64,000 nucleotides of DNA from Lama guanicoe (taxonomy: Eukaryota), in NCBI GenBank assembly GCA_013239625.1, contig MU053216.1:1762943-1826942 (forward strand), written 5' to 3'. A model generated the notes under the pieces. The model saw nothing but the letters and a program-made list of their open reading frames with translations. It was not told where the DNA came from and did no database searches. Both the position numbers and the translations under genes were made by a program. Positions 60,890 to 64,000 of the stretch are shown one piece after another; positions within the stretch are counted from its first letter, which is position 1, and the number at the start of each line of letters is the position of its first letter.

Positions 60890-61270
60890 ACAACCTCCTC
60901 CCTGATTCCATGCCCCACACTGGCTCCCACTACAGAGCCATCCTTTACACGGTAGTCAGAGCCATTATTCACACGTGCAGGTCGCATCGTCACCATTTTC
61001 CTTAGCTCCCTTCAAAGGCTCCCCACTGCACTTGGAGTCAAATCGAGCCCCGCATTCTGGTCCCTGAAGCCCCGACCCCTGGGGGGCCGCCCTGGCCTTC
61101 CTCCTGCTCCTCCAACCGGCTGGCTGCTACCTGGGGGCTTCTACCCGAAGAGATGGCGTTGACCAGCCTTGAAGGGCCGCTTCGGAGGTCTTACCTGAGA
61201 TGCCACCTTCTCCCCCGGCCCTCCTTCCCGCCTCTCCCTGCTCTTTGTCTTTTCACTCCCTGACAATTGA
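60890..61270 (+). mobile_element. L2 fragment
   Basis: ctcccttcaaaggctccccactgcacttggagtcaaatc...gatgccaccttctcc. Confidence 0.65.
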
Positions 61271-61673
61271 TTGCTTATTGATCTGTTTTTGTTTTTGGTA
61301 TTTTTAAAATCTTTTTTCTGTTTTCAATGAAAACAGATAAGTTTCTATTGATCTCTTTTTTTGGTCTTCCACCTTTTTTTTTGTCTTCCACCCAGAACCC
61401 CTAGTGGAAAGCCTTGACCTGGTCTCACGCATTCTTGCCTGTATCCCCAGGACCAAGGACAGAGCCCACCCCGTGGGGTGTTCCCATAACAGCGACTGAA
61501 ACCAAAGGCCGTACGTTCATTGGTGGATTGACAGACAGTGGAGACCACTCTCGTGGGTGAGAAGATTCAGAGATGCGGTGTCACAGGGCTAAAGGCAGCA
61601 GAGGCAGTCCCTGACACTGACAGGCCATGGCCTGGGGAGACAGCTGACACATCCACGTGAAATAAGACTCGCA

Positions 61674-61773
61674 GGGGAGGGGGGAGGGTGTAGCTCAGTG
61701 TAGAGCGCGTGCTCAGCATGCACGAGGTCCTGGGTTCAATCCCCAGCATCTCCATACAAAAAAGAAAAAGAAA
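61674..61773 (+). mobile_element. Vic-1-type SINE (short form, very tRNA-Ala-like)
   Basis: ggggagggtgtagctcagtgtagagcgcgtgctcagcatgcacgaggtcctgggttcaatccccagcatctcca plus A-rich tail. Confidence 0.9.
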
Positions 61774-61799
61774 CGGCCCTTTCTGCAGGAATGCAGGGT

Positions 61800-62045
61800 G
61801 TCACAGGGTCGTGTGTGATTACATTTTCACTCATTCAGTCATATTTTTGTACAAAATCAGAAAAAGTGAGAAATTTTAGCCATGACCACTTTCTCACTTC
61901 TCACGTTGGCTGATGTTGGAGTAGCTGTGGGTGTTTCGAGTTCAGAATAATCACAGGCATTTTGGATTTGTGCTTTTATATATTTTCTTAAACAAGTTCT
62001 CCTAAACTGTATCAGCTTCAGGTCCCCAAACCTAGGTTGACCCTG
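61800..62045. mobile_element. hAT-Tip100-like DNA transposon end
   Basis: aactgtatcagcttcaggtccccaaacctaggttgaccctg resembles Arthur/ORSL termini. Confidence 0.45.
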
Positions 62046-63121
62046 GTAGAAAGCATGTTTTGAAAAAGTCAGAACGGGAAAAAGAGTGTGGCTGTGAACT
62101 GGGGTCTTGGTCCAGCTGACGGTAGAAAATTAATTATTGTCAAGTAGCCCTTCCATCTGACAGTGGAAGGGGATTGTGTCTTATGATCTATTGTAACTAC
62201 GTCTTGTCAGAGAAAGAGGTCAGAGCCTGGGGAAAAACGGGAAGTTTCTGGAACCTTCTCCCCTTTACCTCTCATCTGCTACTTGTCTTATTTTACTGGG
62301 GGCTTGTAGAGCAATTGCCTCTCAAATTCTGGGTACATGAACTCACGTTACTCGTTTTCCTGCTTGCGGTGGGAGGACTCTAGAGAGATGACGCTAGGAT
62401 AGGGGAGTTAGGGTGGTGTGAGGGGTGGTGCTCATGGGCAGGGAGCGTTTTCATAGCCCGCAAATTAAGGCAGGTTTTGACTGAAATGCCCTTTATTGAC
62501 AAGTTAACTAATTAAACCAGTTTCTCGAGTGTCGTCCGTGTGCTAACCGTTGGAACTTCAAGGGCAACTCAAGTCAGAAGCCGCCTCAGTTCTCACGGAG
62601 GGTTCGGCCCGCCCCCTGCCCCGCAGCTGGGGGACCGGAGCGGTGTGAGGCAGACCTGGGCGCAGTGCGGCCGGCAGGGCCCCGGCCGGCTTTCACTGCA
62701 GCTGGCACTTTGTGCACAAACACAGCAGGGGCGGCTCTGCTCCCGGTGGTGGGAGACAGCGAATCAGGTAACTGCACCCTTGGCCCAGGCTGGGGGGAAA
62801 GGCGGAGGCCCCCGCTTGCATGTGACCCAGGACCCTGCCTGGACCAGGGCATCAGTCAAGGGCTCCCTGGGGGACTGACCCTGGCGTGGAGATTCGAAGG
62901 ACGAGGACGGGGAGTCAAGGGTGGCGGCGGGGAGACGTGCTGCGGGGTAGGGGTGAGACTCGAGGCAAGTACCAGACAGAGGGTCGGTGTGTGCAGAGGC
63001 CTGGGGGGGCATGGCACGCTGGAGGCCTTCAGGAGGGCGGGCATGGCTGGGGGCACAGAAAGCGGGCAGGGCCAACACGGAGTCCCCCAGGCTGAGCTCT
63101 CGACCTTGCATTTCATCTCAG

Positions 63122-63364
63122 GATTTTTCAAGCAATGGTGACATCATATGATTTGAACATTAGGAAGACAGTTCTGGCTTCAGTTCGACCACAAGGGGGA
63201 CAGAGAGGCTGTGGGGAGACTCGCTGGCAGCTCTTACATAGCAGTTTGGATGAGGATGACTCCAGGCTGGACAAGGAGGGTGACCAGAGACCCCAGCACC
63301 TTCCTTTCATTACACGTCGTGATGTGATCTGTATCCTGGACCCGTCCATAAACCCAAGAAATCA
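63122..63364 (+). other. Candidate 243-nt frame-symmetric exon with an open reading frame (unrecognised product)
   Basis: Acceptor ccttgcatttcatctcag|, donor TCA|gtaaga. One frame open throughout (IFQAMVTSYDLN...LDPSINPRN). Confidence 0.2.
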
Positions 63365-63609
63365 GTAAGACCTGAAATAAGGAGACCTTCGGTACTGATT
63401 TTTTGGGGGGGATTAAGTTTTGTAATATTTTCTCTGTCTTTGTAAGGTCACTGAATTCATTTCACTGCAGGAAACTCATTTCTCCCTAGGCTGCTTCTCC
63501 CACACGTAGTCTAGTCATTCGACCTGCACTCACGATAGCCCGGCTTGTCACAGAAGCCCTCTTTTTAATTATTAACATTAAGCACAGTTTTCCAAGTGAA
63601 GGTGCCTTC

Positions 63610-64000
63610 GTCATATGATGACACATAACAAATTACCCCCGAACTCGGCAGTTTGAATAACAGTAACACTTCTTGTGTTGAACAGTTTCTGTGGATCAGG
63701 GACATGGGAGAAGCTGGTCTCAAGGAACCTGAAGTCAGGATGTCAGCTGGGGCGGCGGTCGGCTGAAGGCTTGCCTGGGGCTGGGGGACCTGCGTCCAAG
63801 GTGGCTCACTCACAAGGTGGGCAAGTCGGTGCTGGCTGTTGGCAGGAGGCCTCAGCTCCTGGGCACACAGACCCCTCTGCGGGGTGGCTTGAGCATCCTT
63901 GTGATATGGCAGCTGGCTTCCCCTGGAGTGAATGGTCTAAGCGAGTAGAGGGGCTGCAGTGTCATTTATGGTCTGGCCTTGGAAGCCACACTTCTTCATT
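63610..64000 (-). mobile_element. MaLR LTR (MLT1F/G-like), runs off the window
   Basis: cataacaaattacccc...cagtttctgtggatcagg...tccaaggtggctcactcacaag...gcttgagcatccttgtgatatggcagctggcttcccc. Confidence 0.85.

Noticed and set aside
61681-61754. tRNA-Ala-like cloverleaf
   Set aside because: It has a SINE-specific 5' leader, an altered D-loop and anticodon loop, an A-rich tail instead of a T-run terminator, and ~10 diverged relatives in the window.

Overview
This is mammalian genomic DNA, almost certainly camelid (alpaca, llama or camel): about 11 copies of the tRNA-Ala-derived Vic-1-type SINE are present, alongside cetartiodactyl-type L1 3' ends. No recognisable protein-coding exon was found. 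The only protein homology I recognise is a dead L1 ORF2 fragment at ~57.2-57.5 kb, and the host gene cannot be named from sequence alone. A promoter-type CpG island (~4.3-7.3 kb) is split by a ~620-bp TG-rich tract. Splice signals suggest a leftward (minus-strand) spliced transcript from this island, and the ~57 kb to the right looks like a long 5' intron or regulatory domain. That domain contains old repeats (MIR, L2, L1M, MLT1, hAT/Tigger), a 31-32-bp minisatellite, CTCF motifs, an ARE plus GC-box element, and HMG/POU and PBX-HOX/MEIS motif clusters. The most notable observations are three: (1) localised patches where ancient and younger repeats are rewritten AT->GC into CpG-island-like DNA, sometimes creating CTCF motifs (probable GC-biased gene conversion); (2) a 131-bp element at 60.1 kb made of three tandem hairpins inside a perfect 14-bp terminal inverted repeat; (3) two neighbouring 5'-inverted (twin-primed) L1 insertions. 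There are four assembly gaps. Repeat family names come from remembered consensus similarity, not from a database search. I found no convincing novel multi-gene system.
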